A stretch of DNA of 60,980 bases, the filler included. It is 7 parts of 7 records of this genome, joined end to end, with 100 filler letters (N's around TTAATTAATTAA, not from the genome) between each part and the next. Parts side by side here need not be neighbours in the genome. Positions count along the whole stretch, not along the records: positions 1 to 9,008 come from SRR2962707_4296; 6 more parts are not named here. One strand, given 5' to 3'. A program made the position numbers and the translations under genes. Position 1 is the stretch's first letter; each line of letters starts with the position of its first letter. The notes beneath the pieces were generated by a model. The model saw only the letters and a list, made by a program, of their open reading frames with translations, searched no databases and had not been told where the DNA came from. Positions 1 through 9,108 of this stretch are shown piece after piece.

Positions 1-1056
1 AAGCACATCCGTTTCTTCGGCCAGCTTTCGAGCGCGCTGCAAAGCGGGCGGGCCGGCGGCGGAAGTCCCGTCGAGGAAAACGAACTCGATTGGCAGAACG
101 CCTTCGTGGAGCTCGCTGCCTCCGATCCTGTACTTACTGTCCGGGCAGGGCGTCAGGAAATACAGTTCGGGTCTGGCCGCCTTCTTGATGTCCGGGAAGG
201 TACGAATGTCCGGCGCAGTTTTGATGGCGTCCGCGCCTTTGCCACTCACGGGGAGTGGAGGCTGGACCTCATGGCGCTGCGTCCGCGCCTTTCCAGGCCC
301 GGCGCGTTCGACGACCGGACACAAAGGGACCAGTCCCTCTGGGGTATCTATGCGACCGGCGTGGCCGGCTTTCTCCCCGGCAAGATCGATCTCTATTATC
401 TCGGTTTCGACAGTGAAGCGTCAGCCTATGTTCAGGGGACGGAGAGAGAACTTCGACATTCCATTGGCCTTCGGGTATTTGGCGAGCGCGCAAATTGGGA
501 CTGGAACTGGGAGACGCTTTATCAGTTTGGCAGCTTCGGGTCCGGATCGATAAGCGCCTGGACGCTTGCCAGCCAAACGGGATACAGCTTCGCAGACGCG
601 CCCTGGACGCCTCGTTTCGTGCTCAGCGCGAACATCGCCAGCGGAGACGACGATCCCACAGACAGCAATCTGGGCACCTTCAATCCGCTTTTCCCGAGAG
701 GCAATTATTTCTCGGAGGCTGCCGTTCTTGGTCCGCGAAACTTCTACAATCTGCATGGCCTCCTGACCGTAAAGCCGGCGGCAAGCTGGTCCTTGACGAC
801 GGGCGCCAACTTCTTCTGGAGGCTGAAGAAGAAGGACGGCGTCTATACACCCGGAGGAAGCCTGCTTCGGGGGCCGGGCGGCAGCGACGAACGCTTTGTC
901 GGCTCTGCATTCTCTTTCGCGTCGGAACATGCCTTGACCGGAAGAGTGGATGCCACCGCTATCTACACGCGTTTCTATTCGGGACATTTCATCAAGAAAA
1001 CGGGTCCCGGCTCAGATATTGATTTTATTGAACTGACGCTGCGCTTCAGGTTCTAG
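1..1056 (+). CDS. Alginate export (AlgE-like) family outer-membrane beta-barrel, 5'-partial
   Basis: Frame is open from base 1 (KHIRFFGQ...ELDWQNAF). Carries GRQEIQFGSGRL, NVRRSFDG and ASGD...GTFNPLFP motifs and a C-terminal LRFRF barrel signal. Confidence 0.8.
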   Translation, partial: KHIRFFGQLSSALQSGRAGGGSPVEENELDWQNAFVELAASDPVLTVRAGRQEIQFGSGRLLDVREGTNVRRSFDGVRAFATHGEWRLDLMALRPRLSRPGAFDDRTQRDQSLWGIYATGVAGFLPGKIDLYYLGFDSEASAYVQGTERELRHSIGLRVFGERANWDWNWETLYQFGSFGSGSISAWTLASQTGYSFADAPWTPRFVLSANIASGDDDPTDSNLGTFNPLFPRGNYFSEAAVLGPRNFYNLHGLLTVKPAASWSLTTGANFFWRLKKKDGVYTPGGSLLRGPGGSDERFVGSAFSFASEHALTGRVDATAIYTRFYSGHFIKKTGPGSDIDFIELTLRFRF

Positions 1057-1364
1057 ACGGCGCTGCGGGTGGTCGCATTGATCGCCTTCCGAGAAACAGC
1101 AGATTCTGCGGCTTCGTCGGGCGAGATCTCGACACCATACGACGAGCCGGAGAGATCCCGGCCTCAAGGATCCCCGTTCGAAAATCAATGATCCGAGACA
1201 AAAACTCAGGCTAAAAACTCCCGGTAATCTGTTGAGATGATTTTTTAATTCTCATGTATGGATGAATTCGAGACGATAAGAGCTGAAATAGTCCGGTGCT
1301 GGAAAGAAGCATCGCTTAGGGGAAGAAAAAGTATGTTTCTCAGCTACGCTTCAGGAGATGACCG

Positions 1365-2543
1365 ATGAAGGACGTCGCTATCGTTTCTTATTGCCGCACT
1401 GCCATCGCCAAGGCGACACGCGGCGCGCTGAACCAGACGCATGGCATTCCCATGGCCGCCCATGTGCTGAATGGAGCCATCGAGCGGGCCGGGATCGAAG
1501 GCGGCGAGGTCGAGGATGTAGTTCTCGGCTGCGGTCTGCCCGAAGGGTCGACGGGACACAACGTGGCGCGGAACGCCGCCCTCTGGGCGGGGCTCGGCAC
1601 GGGCGTACCGGGCCTCACGGTCAATCGCTATTGCGGCTCCGGCGTGACGGCCGCTTCCATCGTCGCGAACCGCATCGCGGCGGGCGAGATGGATATCGGT
1701 ATGGCGGGAGGCGTCGAGAGCATCAGCCTCGTGCAGATGAACATCAATCTGAACGGCTTCTTCTACGAACCTCTGCAGCAGAAGATGCCGGCTGTCTGGT
1801 GGTCGATGAACCAGACGGCGGACTACGTCGCCGAGAAATACGGCATCGCCCGGGAGGCGCTCGACGCCTATGTCGTGAAAAGCCAGAAGCGCGTGGCCGA
1901 GGCCGCAGCGGCCGGGAAATACGCCGAGGAGATATTGCCCTTCAAGACGGTGATGAAAGTCACCGATAAGGAGACGGGCGAAAGCAGCATGAAGGAAGTG
2001 CTGCTGGACAAGGATGAGGGGCCGCGCCCGGACACCAATGCGGAGGGGCTTGCGAAGCTGAAGCCGGTCCTCGAGGGCGGCACGACGACGGCAGGCAATG
2101 CATCGCAACTGTCGGATGGAGCGGCGGCCATGGTGATGATGGACGCTGATCTCGCGCGGAAACGCGGGCTGCCGATCCTGGGGCTTTTCCGGGGGATGGG
2201 GCTTTCGGCCGTTGCGCCCGAAGAGATGAGCATCGCGATCACGCCTGCGATCCGGGCGGTGATGAAGAAGCACGGCCTCAAGAAGGACGATATCGACCTG
2301 TGGGAGCTGCACGAAGCCTATGCCGTGACGACCCTCTACAACCAGCGCGAACTCGATACGCCTTGGGAAATCACCAATGTCAATGGCGGGGCGATTGCGC
2401 TTGGCCATCCCTATGGCATGTCCGGCATTCGCTATCTGGGCTCGGTTCTGATGGAGCTTGGCCGGCGCGGAAAGAGCAAGGCGATCGCGGGCGTCTGCAC
2501 CGCGGGCGGTATGGGAACCGCTGCTTATCTGGAGCGCGCATGA
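1365..2543 (+). CDS. Acetyl-CoA C-acyltransferase (thiolase)
   Basis: NRYCGSG, TAGNASQLSDGA, NVNGGAIALGHP and CTAGG motifs; AGGAG SD upstream. Confidence 0.95.
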   Translation: MKDVAIVSYCRTAIAKATRGALNQTHGIPMAAHVLNGAIERAGIEGGEVEDVVLGCGLPEGSTGHNVARNAALWAGLGTGVPGLTVNRYCGSGVTAASIVANRIAAGEMDIGMAGGVESISLVQMNINLNGFFYEPLQQKMPAVWWSMNQTADYVAEKYGIAREALDAYVVKSQKRVAEAAAAGKYAEEILPFKTVMKVTDKETGESSMKEVLLDKDEGPRPDTNAEGLAKLKPVLEGGTTTAGNASQLSDGAAAMVMMDADLARKRGLPILGLFRGMGLSAVAPEEMSIAITPAIRAVMKKHGLKKDDIDLWELHEAYAVTTLYNQRELDTPWEITNVNGGAIALGHPYGMSGIRYLGSVLMELGRRGKSKAIAGVCTAGGMGTAAYLERA

Positions 2544-2563
2544 GTCCGGCGGCCTCTGCCCCA

Positions 2564-2577
2564 TATACCTAAGGATA
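2564..2577. promoter_or_regulatory. Putative response-regulator box (ATAC-N4-GTAT type), copy 1
   Basis: TATAC-CTAA-GGATA lies upstream of the FixJ-like gene; related copies at 3268, 5384 and 8306. Confidence 0.4.
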
Positions 2578-2639
2578 GTGGACCACCTCCCCAACCGTCG
2601 TATCCTTTGGAAGACTCTAAAGTATTGGGCGCGAACAAA

Positions 2640-3269
2640 ATGAACGACCGACCCGCGACGGTATACGTCATTGATGATGACGCCTCGTTGCGTACGGCAC
2701 TCGACAGCCTTTTTCGGTCGACAGGACTTTCGGCGCGTCTCTACGACACCGCGACTGGATTTCTGGAAGCGCCGCCCGCCGCGGAGGGACCGGCTTGCAT
2801 TGTTGTGGATGTGAGAATGCCGGGCATCAGTGGCCTCGACTTTCAGGACAGACTCAAGGATGCAGGCATGGATCTCCCGGTCATCCTCATGACGGGATAC
2901 GGGGACATACCCATGTCGGTCCGAGGAATGAAGGCAGGTGCGGTCAATTTTCTCACCAAGCCCTTCCGAGATCAGGAAATGCTCGACGCGGTTGCTGAGG
3001 CCTTGTCCCGGTATGCCGAACAACAAGCGGGAAGGGGGCAGACAGAAGCGATTCGCCAGCGGTACCAGGGTCTGACCCCCCGCGAACGCCAGGTTATGGA
3101 AGAGGTGGTCCTCGGACGGATGAACAAGCAAGTCGCCGGTGATCTCGGTCTCAGCGAGATTACTGTGAAGATTCACCGTGGCACGCTCATGCGAAAGATG
3201 GAGGCCCGGTCTCTCGCCGACCTTGTGCGCATGGCGATGCTGCTCGGACTGCCGACGGGCGCAGGATAA
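2640..3269 (+). CDS. FixJ/NodW-family response regulator (REC + LuxR HTH)
   Basis: VIDDD, DVRMPG and FLTKPF receiver motifs; LTPRERQV...NKQVAGDLGLSEITVKIHRG HTH. Start taken at ATG 2640. Confidence 0.95.
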   Translation: MNDRPATVYVIDDDASLRTALDSLFRSTGLSARLYDTATGFLEAPPAAEGPACIVVDVRMPGISGLDFQDRLKDAGMDLPVILMTGYGDIPMSVRGMKAGAVNFLTKPFRDQEMLDAVAEALSRYAEQQAGRGQTEAIRQRYQGLTPRERQVMEEVVLGRMNKQVAGDLGLSEITVKIHRGTLMRKMEARSLADLVRMAMLLGLPTGAG

Positions 3270-3340
3270 CACTTGCGTATAATTTCTCTTGGGCGCCTCC
3301 CGTGCGAAAGGAGAGTGTGTAGCTTTTGAGCCGGGAATGA

Positions 3341-3709
3341 ATGGTGGCCAACACCCCCTTGATCCTTGTAGTCGATGACGATGCCTCGCTGAGAAGTGCG
3401 CTGGAAAGTTTGGTGCGTTCGATCGGTTATAATGTCCTCTCCTTTCCTTCAGCCGAGGCGGTGCTTGAATCCGGCGCTGCGGCGTCCAGCGCCTGCATCA
3501 TCTCCGATATTCAGATGCCGGGGCTGAGCGGGATCGAGCTCGAAAGGCGTCTCCGGAACCAGCAGATTGCGACACCCGTCATCCTGATCACGGCCCGTTC
3601 CGAGTCCGAGCTTCTGGCGGCAGCCGGCGCCAGCAGCGCGATATGCGTCCTGAGAAAGCCTTTCGATGCCAGTACGCTGATCACCTGTCTAGAAAAGGCA
3701 ATAGGATGA
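3341..3709 (+). CDS. Single-domain response regulator
   Basis: VVDDD, SDIQMPG, LITA and KPF motifs; 122 aa with no output domain. Confidence 0.93.
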   Translation: MVANTPLILVVDDDASLRSALESLVRSIGYNVLSFPSAEAVLESGAAASSACIISDIQMPGLSGIELERRLRNQQIATPVILITARSESELLAAAGASSAICVLRKPFDASTLITCLEKAIG

Positions 3710-3785
3710 ACTTTGCCATATGCAGGGGTGAAATCCCTGATGCATCATGGTTCGTCGTATTTGCCGCAAGGACAGGGGCCGTAGC

Positions 3786-5399
3786 ATGAGTTCCGCGGAA
3801 CATGAAGGCGGAGACTCCCTGAAGATCGCTCACCTGGAAGAAGCGCAGGCTGTCAGCCTGACGGGTAGTTTCACCTGGTGGAAGGACTCCTCGCGTGTTG
3901 AGCTGTCCGCGCAGGCCAGACGAATCCTCGATCTGCCTCAGGCTGAAGAAGTTACTCTGCCGAATATCCTGGCGCGGGTTCATCCCGAAGATGTCGAAGC
4001 CTTCCAGCAGACTGTGGTGGAGGCCGCGCGCGCAGGGCAAGGACCCGATTTCGAGCATCGCCTGCTGCTTCCTGACGGCACGGTGAAATATGTGCATACG
4101 AGAGCGCGCTCGCTCGACGGGCAGGGAGCTTGTTTCGTGGGAGCTATACTCGACATTACGGCGCACAAGCTTACCGAGCTGCGATTGAGCGAAAGCGAAT
4201 ACAACTATCGCAACCTGTTTCAGGCGATCGCAGCCGCCTTCTGGGAAGTTGACTTCCGCGGCGTGGGTAGTCTGCTGCGCGATCTCCGCAAGGCTGGCGT
4301 AACAGACTATCGGCGCTACTTTGCGAAGAATCCAGAATTCGTCAGAAAGATGATGGAAGCATCCATCATCCTCGATGTGAATGAGCAGACGCTCGCCATC
4401 TTCGGAGAGGGACGAAAGACGCATCTGCCGGAATCGGTTGCGCCCTTTTGGCCTGTCGAAAGCGAAAGCATCTATGCTGAAAGCGTGCTGGCGGCCATTT
4501 CGGGCGAGCCTCGGTTCGCTGCGGAGACGGTTCTCTGCGATATCAACGGGCGCAGGTTCGAAGCGCTCTTCACGGCTTGCTTCCCGCCTGGCAGTGTCGC
4601 TCAGGGCAAGCTTTTAATTGGAGTCATCGATATTTCCGAACGCGTGCGCGCACAGCAGCAGCTGAATCAGTTGCAGACGGAGTTCGCTCACGCTGCCCGC
4701 GTCTCGACGCTCGGAGAACTCACGGCCTCGATTGCGCATGAGGTGAACCAGCCGCTGACGGCCATCGCGATGAACGCATCGGCAAGCCAACGCTGGCTGA
4801 GCCGGCCCGAACCGGACCTGCAGGAGATCCGGCTTCTGACGGAACGGATCATCGCCGATGCAGAGCGTGCGGCAAGTATCATCGCCCGCGTTCGCGCCAT
4901 GGCGACAAGGCAGGTACATGATAAGGCAGAGATTGCGATCGCGGACGCAATCTCCGACGCTATGCTGTTCCTGCGTCACGAGATGAATGCCGCCAAGTCT
5001 GTCCTGAGTTTCGAGGCAGCAATGGATCTGCCTGCCGTGTATGGTGACCGAACTCAGATCCAACAGGTGATCGTGAACCTCACGGTCAACGCCCTTCAGG
5101 CAATGCGCCAGGTCGACGAAAAAAGGCGCAAGTTGAAGGTGATGGTGCACGAAGAAGACGGCTTCGTTGTCGTCGGCATAGGAGATAGCGGACCGGGCAT
5201 TCAGCCGGATCATCTGCCCCGTCTCTTCGAGAGCTTCTTCACCACGAAGGAGGGCGGATTGGGGATCGGCCTCGCCATTTGCAGGTCGATCGTCGAGGCA
5301 CATGGCGGCAGCATTTCCGCACGCGACCACGAAGGGGGTGGCGCACTGTTCGAACTCCACCTGCCTGTTTACGTCGAAGGCCTTCATACAGATGTATGA
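3786..5399 (+). CDS. Cytoplasmic PAS sensor histidine kinase (NodV-like)
   Basis: PAS (VHPED), H-box SIAHEVNQPL, N-box, DSGPGI, FFTTK and GLGIGL; no obvious TM helix. Confidence 0.93.
   Translation: MSSAEHEGGDSLKIAHLEEAQAVSLTGSFTWWKDSSRVELSAQARRILDLPQAEEVTLPNILARVHPEDVEAFQQTVVEAARAGQGPDFEHRLLLPDGTVKYVHTRARSLDGQGACFVGAILDITAHKLTELRLSESEYNYRNLFQAIAAAFWEVDFRGVGSLLRDLRKAGVTDYRRYFAKNPEFVRKMMEASIILDVNEQTLAIFGEGRKTHLPESVAPFWPVESESIYAESVLAAISGEPRFAAETVLCDINGRRFEALFTACFPPGSVAQGKLLIGVIDISERVRAQQQLNQLQTEFAHAARVSTLGELTASIAHEVNQPLTAIAMNASASQRWLSRPEPDLQEIRLLTERIIADAERAASIIARVRAMATRQVHDKAEIAIADAISDAMLFLRHEMNAAKSVLSFEAAMDLPAVYGDRTQIQQVIVNLTVNALQAMRQVDEKRRKLKVMVHEEDGFVVVGIGDSGPGIQPDHLPRLFESFFTTKEGGLGIGLAICRSIVEAHGGSISARDHEGGGALFELHLPVYVEGLHTDV
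5384..5399. promoter_or_regulatory. Putative response-regulator box, perfect palindrome
   Basis: TCATAC-AGAT-GTATGA, upstream of the hydrolase genes. Confidence 0.45.
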
Positions 5400-5556
5400 T
5401 GCAAACCAAACCCCAGTAGAATAAACAACAGGCGTGCATCGGCTCATTGTTTTCCTCATGGAGGAAGACGGGATGAAGACCGATGACTCACTCGGGACTT
5501 TCCCTCCTCGTCTTCCAGCCTCGCTCGTTACTCGATACGGGAACAGGGAGAAGGAC

Positions 5557-6363
5557 GTGTCCCCCACAATCATGCTCATTCACGGTGCCTGGCTGAATTC
5601 GCGCTCTTGGGAACACTGGAAGGGTCGCTACGAAGCGAAGGGCCTCAAGGTGCTTGCTCCTGACTGGCCAGGCGATGAAGGAGAGCCGGCAGATCTGCGT
5701 GCCAATCCACGCATGGCTTTGAAGAAGTTCGGACCCAAAGAAATTGTTGCGCATTACGAGGCGGAGATCCGTGTCCTGCCGGAGAAGCCGATCCTCATCG
5801 GTCACTCGGCGGGTGCCGTGTGGGTTCAGCATCTTCTGGACCGGGGGCTCGGTACGGCCGGTGTTTCCATCAATCCGGCTCCGACGCCCGGCGTCGGCAT
5901 TGGCCTTCATGCAGCTGTCTCCGCTCTGCCTGTTCTCGGCGACCCTTTCAGCGTCAGGAAGGTGAAGTCGATGCCGCGCAAGTATTTCTGCAAGCGCTTC
6001 GCCAACGGTCTGCCGGAAGAGGCGAAAGCGGAGATGTTCGACCGCTACATCGTGCCGACCGCCGGAAAGGTTTACTGGGACGGCGTGCTCAAGGGCGGCG
6101 CCGGAAAAATCGACTAGACCAGCAAGATCCGTCCGCCCCTGCTCCTCATTGGAGGCGGCAAGGACCTCATAGCGGATGCAAGCATGACGCGGTCCATCTT
6201 CGCCAAACAGAAGATGGCCGCTTCCGCGACCGAGTTCCGTCTTTTTGAGGACCGCTCGCACTTTACCTGCATCGAGCCGGGCTGGGAAGAAATCGCCGAC
6301 TTCGCATTGGAATGGGCCTTGGCCCATTCCGGAAATATCACGCCTTTCGCCCGTTCCGCCTGA
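5557..6363 (+). pseudogene. Alpha/beta hydrolase interrupted by an in-frame TAG at 6115-6117
   Basis: IHGAW and GHSAG motifs precede the stop. The same frame continues PPLLLIGGGKDLI...DRSHF...GWEEIADFALEW to TGA at 6361-6363. Confidence 0.85.
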
Positions 6364-6392
6364 TCAAACCAGAACCCTGAGGAGATTGAAAA

Positions 6393-7235
6393 ATGCCATA
6401 CGTCACAGTGAAGGACGGTGCCCGGATTTTCTTCAAGGATTGGGGTTCCGGCAAAGCCATCCTCTTCTCCCACGGCTGGCCGCTCAGCGCTGACGACTGG
6501 GACAGGCAGATGCTGTTCTTAGGCGAGCGGGGCTATCGCGTGATCGCGCATGACCGCCGCAGTCATGGCCGTTCCACCCAAACTTGGGACGGCAACAACA
6601 TGGATCAGTATGCCGACGATCTGGCGGAATTGGTCGCCGAACTCGACCTCAAGGACATGGTCATGGTGGGGCATTCCACCGGCGGTGGAGAAGTGACGCA
6701 CTACCTCGGCAGGCACGGTACGGAGAGGGTTTCTAAAGCCGTCCTTCTGGGCGCTGTCCCGCCGCTGATGGTGAAGACCGGCGCCAATCCCGGCGGCCTG
6801 CCTCTGGATGTCTTCGACGGCATTCGCAGCGGTACGCGCGCGAACCGGGCGCAGTTCTATTACGACCTGACGATGCCCTTCTACGGCTTCAATCGCGATG
6901 GAGCGAAGGTGAATGAAGGCCTGCGCGAGAGCTTCCGTCTACAGGGGCTGATGGGCGGGATCAAGGGGCAGTACGACTGCATCCATGAATTCTCCGAAGT
7001 CGATTACACGCCGGACCTGAAGAAGATCGACATTCCCGTTTTCGTGGCGCATGGCGACGATGACCAGATCGTGCCGGTTGGTGCATCGGCGATGATGAGC
7101 TCGAAGATTTTGAAGAACGCCACGCTGAAGATCTACCGGGGCTACGATCACGGTCTCGCCGCGACGCATGCGGATGAATTCAACGCCGACCTGCTCGCTT
7201 TCATTGAGGGCAAGCCCATTCCCGGTGCGAACTGA
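6393..7235 (+). CDS. cpo: Non-heme chloroperoxidase/perhydrolase-type alpha/beta hydrolase
   Basis: [26 protein letters not shown] and HGDDDQIVP motifs. Confidence 0.9.
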   Translation: MPYVTVKDGARIFFKDWGSGKAILFSHGWPLSADDWDRQMLFLGERGYRVIAHDRRSHGRSTQTWDGNNMDQYADDLAELVAELDLKDMVMVGHSTGGGEVTHYLGRHGTERVSKAVLLGAVPPLMVKTGANPGGLPLDVFDGIRSGTRANRAQFYYDLTMPFYGFNRDGAKVNEGLRESFRLQGLMGGIKGQYDCIHEFSEVDYTPDLKKIDIPVFVAHGDDDQIVPVGASAMMSSKILKNATLKIYRGYDHGLAATHADEFNADLLAFIEGKPIPGAN

Positions 7236-7268
7236 CGGGCGCATCGCCTATATAAATGGAGAGTGACC

Positions 7269-8168
7269 ATGCATGACACTGACGTTCTTCCATCATCGGC
7301 TGCGGCGATGCAATCCTCCTGCGGCGCCACGGCGGCGACAGCGCAAACAGAATATGTTGAAGTCGATGGGCAACCGATCGCCTATCGTAGCTTCGGCTGC
7401 GGGAGGTCCATCCTTCTTATCAACAGGCTTCGGGGAACGCTCGACACTTGGGATCCTTTGTTCCTGGACACGCTCGCGGCAACCTGCAACGTCATCACCG
7501 TGGACTATCCCGGCATTGGATATTCTTCCGGTGCCTTTCCGGCAAACATGAAGGAAGCGTCGGACTTCGTAGGAAGTTTCGCCGAAGCATTGGATCTCGA
7601 GCGCTTCGTGCTTCTGGGCTGGTCTTGGGGTGGTCTGGTAGCGCAGGCCGTGATGATCGATCGTCCCGAGCGTGTGACGCACCTCGTGCTGATCGGCACA
7701 GCACCGCCCGGGAAAGGACAGATGCCCGTCGAGCAGGCCTTTCTCGAAAGAGCGTTCAAGCCAGTGAACGATCTTGCTGACGAAGCGGTGCTTTTCTTCG
7801 AGCCGGACTCGCCCACAAGCATGCGTACCGCAAAACAATCCCACGACCGTATCTATGCGCGACCCGGTGTGACGGAGCGCATTCCCTCGACCGAGCGGGA
7901 AATAAAGGCCTATCTCTCCGTCGCGGCAGAGTTCAGGGAAGATGAAGCCGGGCGCCGGCAGCGACTTCTGGAAACAGACAAGCCCGTCCTGGTCATAACT
8001 GGCGATAATGATCCGAGTGCACGTGCGGAGAACTGGCTTGCTCTTGTGAACAAGACAAGAAGCGTGAGCACCGTCGTCCTGCCCGAGACGGGGCACGCAC
8101 CACAGCATCAGCACCCGGCTCTCACGGTCGCAATGGTCGAAACTTTCCTGCACTACGCGGCGGGATAA
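7269..8168 (+). CDS. Alpha/beta fold hydrolase
   Basis: RLRGTLDTWDP, GWSWGG nucleophile elbow, GDND and GHAPQHQHP. Start uncertain. Confidence 0.88.
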   Translation: MHDTDVLPSSAAAMQSSCGATAATAQTEYVEVDGQPIAYRSFGCGRSILLINRLRGTLDTWDPLFLDTLAATCNVITVDYPGIGYSSGAFPANMKEASDFVGSFAEALDLERFVLLGWSWGGLVAQAVMIDRPERVTHLVLIGTAPPGKGQMPVEQAFLERAFKPVNDLADEAVLFFEPDSPTSMRTAKQSHDRIYARPGVTERIPSTEREIKAYLSVAAEFREDEAGRRQRLLETDKPVLVITGDNDPSARAENWLALVNKTRSVSTVVLPETGHAPQHQHPALTVAMVETFLHYAAG

Positions 8169-8305
8169 GAGTGTTGCTTGCGGACTCCCCCGCGCCCGCG
8201 AGATTGCCGCCGGATGTTGTCCCCCTGCTCCGGTGAGCGTGAAGATGCCGCGCAGATCCTCGAATGGATGTGCGCGGCATCGCTTTTCGCGCGGTCTTGC
8301 CGCGC

Positions 8306-8320
8306 CATCCGGATGTATGA
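8306..8320. promoter_or_regulatory. Putative response-regulator box upstream of the YcaC remnant
   Basis: CATCCGGATGTATGA, 13/15 identical to CATACAGATGTATGA at 5385-5399. Confidence 0.45.
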
Positions 8321-8397
8321 GCAGAACGATACGCCTGTCTGATGTCCAGCAGCGACCACCTGGGACGATACTTCGAGCATCAACAGGAGAAACACCC

Positions 8398-8526
8398 ATG
8401 AAACCCTTGATGCCTCAGCCTGCTCCCAGCTTCCTTACCGCTTCGGACCACGTTCTTGTTCTGGTCGATCATCAGTCCCAGATGGCCTTTGCCGTGAGAA
8501 ATATCGACGTTGTCTTGCTGCGTTGA
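8398..8526 (+). pseudogene. Truncated YcaC-like isochorismatase/cysteine hydrolase (42 codons)
   Basis: AGGAGA SD, then LTASDHVLVLVDHQSQMAFAVRNID, typical of the YcaC N-terminus, followed by a premature TGA. Confidence 0.7.
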
Positions 8527-8819
8527 TGCGCTTGCACCAGCCGAAGACCTTTGACATCGATGTCCATGATGAGAAAACGGCCATCGTCGAGCCGGAGCCG
8601 TATCTGCCACGAGGCTTCATCAACATCGATCCAGGACCTCGAGCTAAGCGTTCGCGCGTCCTCCACCGGATTGGGTCCTAAACCCCCGTGCCCACCACAC
8701 GGGCTTTTGGTTGTTCAGACTTGCCGTATCATTCGCTAAAGTCTCGAATTCGGGGGAGGGGGATGGTCGCTTGGCGGCCAGCCGGGCCATTCTCCATTCG
8801 ACAAGCGGAAAGAGGAAGC

Positions 8820-9008
8820 ATGTCCAGCGGGCAGCCGAAAAAGCGCGGGGCGAAGGCGAAAAAGCCCGCGACGGCGAAGGAATCGAAGGCGAGCCAGGGC
8901 GATCTCGGCTTCGAGGCGGAACTTTTCAAGGCCGCCGACAAGCTCCGCGGCAACATGGAGCCCTCCGACTACAAGCATGTCGCGCTGGGCCTGATCTTCC
9001 TCAAGCAC
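8820..9008 (+). CDS. hsdM: Type I restriction-modification M subunit, N-terminal fragment (contig end)
   Basis: [34 protein letters not shown] matches the HsdM N-terminal motif. Confidence 0.88.
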
Positions 9009-9108
9009 NNNNNNNNNNNNNNNNNNNNNNNNNNNNNNNNNNNNNNNNNNNNTTAATTAATTAANNNNNNNNNNNNNNNNNNNNNNNNNNNNNNNNNNNN
9101 NNNNNNNN
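9009..9108. other. Artificial contig spacer
   Basis: 44 N + TTAATTAATTAA (stops in all six frames) + 44 N. Confidence 0.99.

Noticed and set aside
1344-3272. 642-aa minus-strand ORF, and similar long ORFs such as 9057-11369(-) and 26565-28427(+)
   Set aside because: Antisense shadows of real high-GC genes with no recognisable motifs.
6115-6117. Pyrrolysine or alternative-code readthrough of TAG
   Set aside because: TAG is a normal stop for other genes on this contig (1056, 3709), and no pyl genes are visible.
8820-9008. A novel defence system
   Set aside because: Only 63 codons of an ordinary hsdM are visible before the contig ends.
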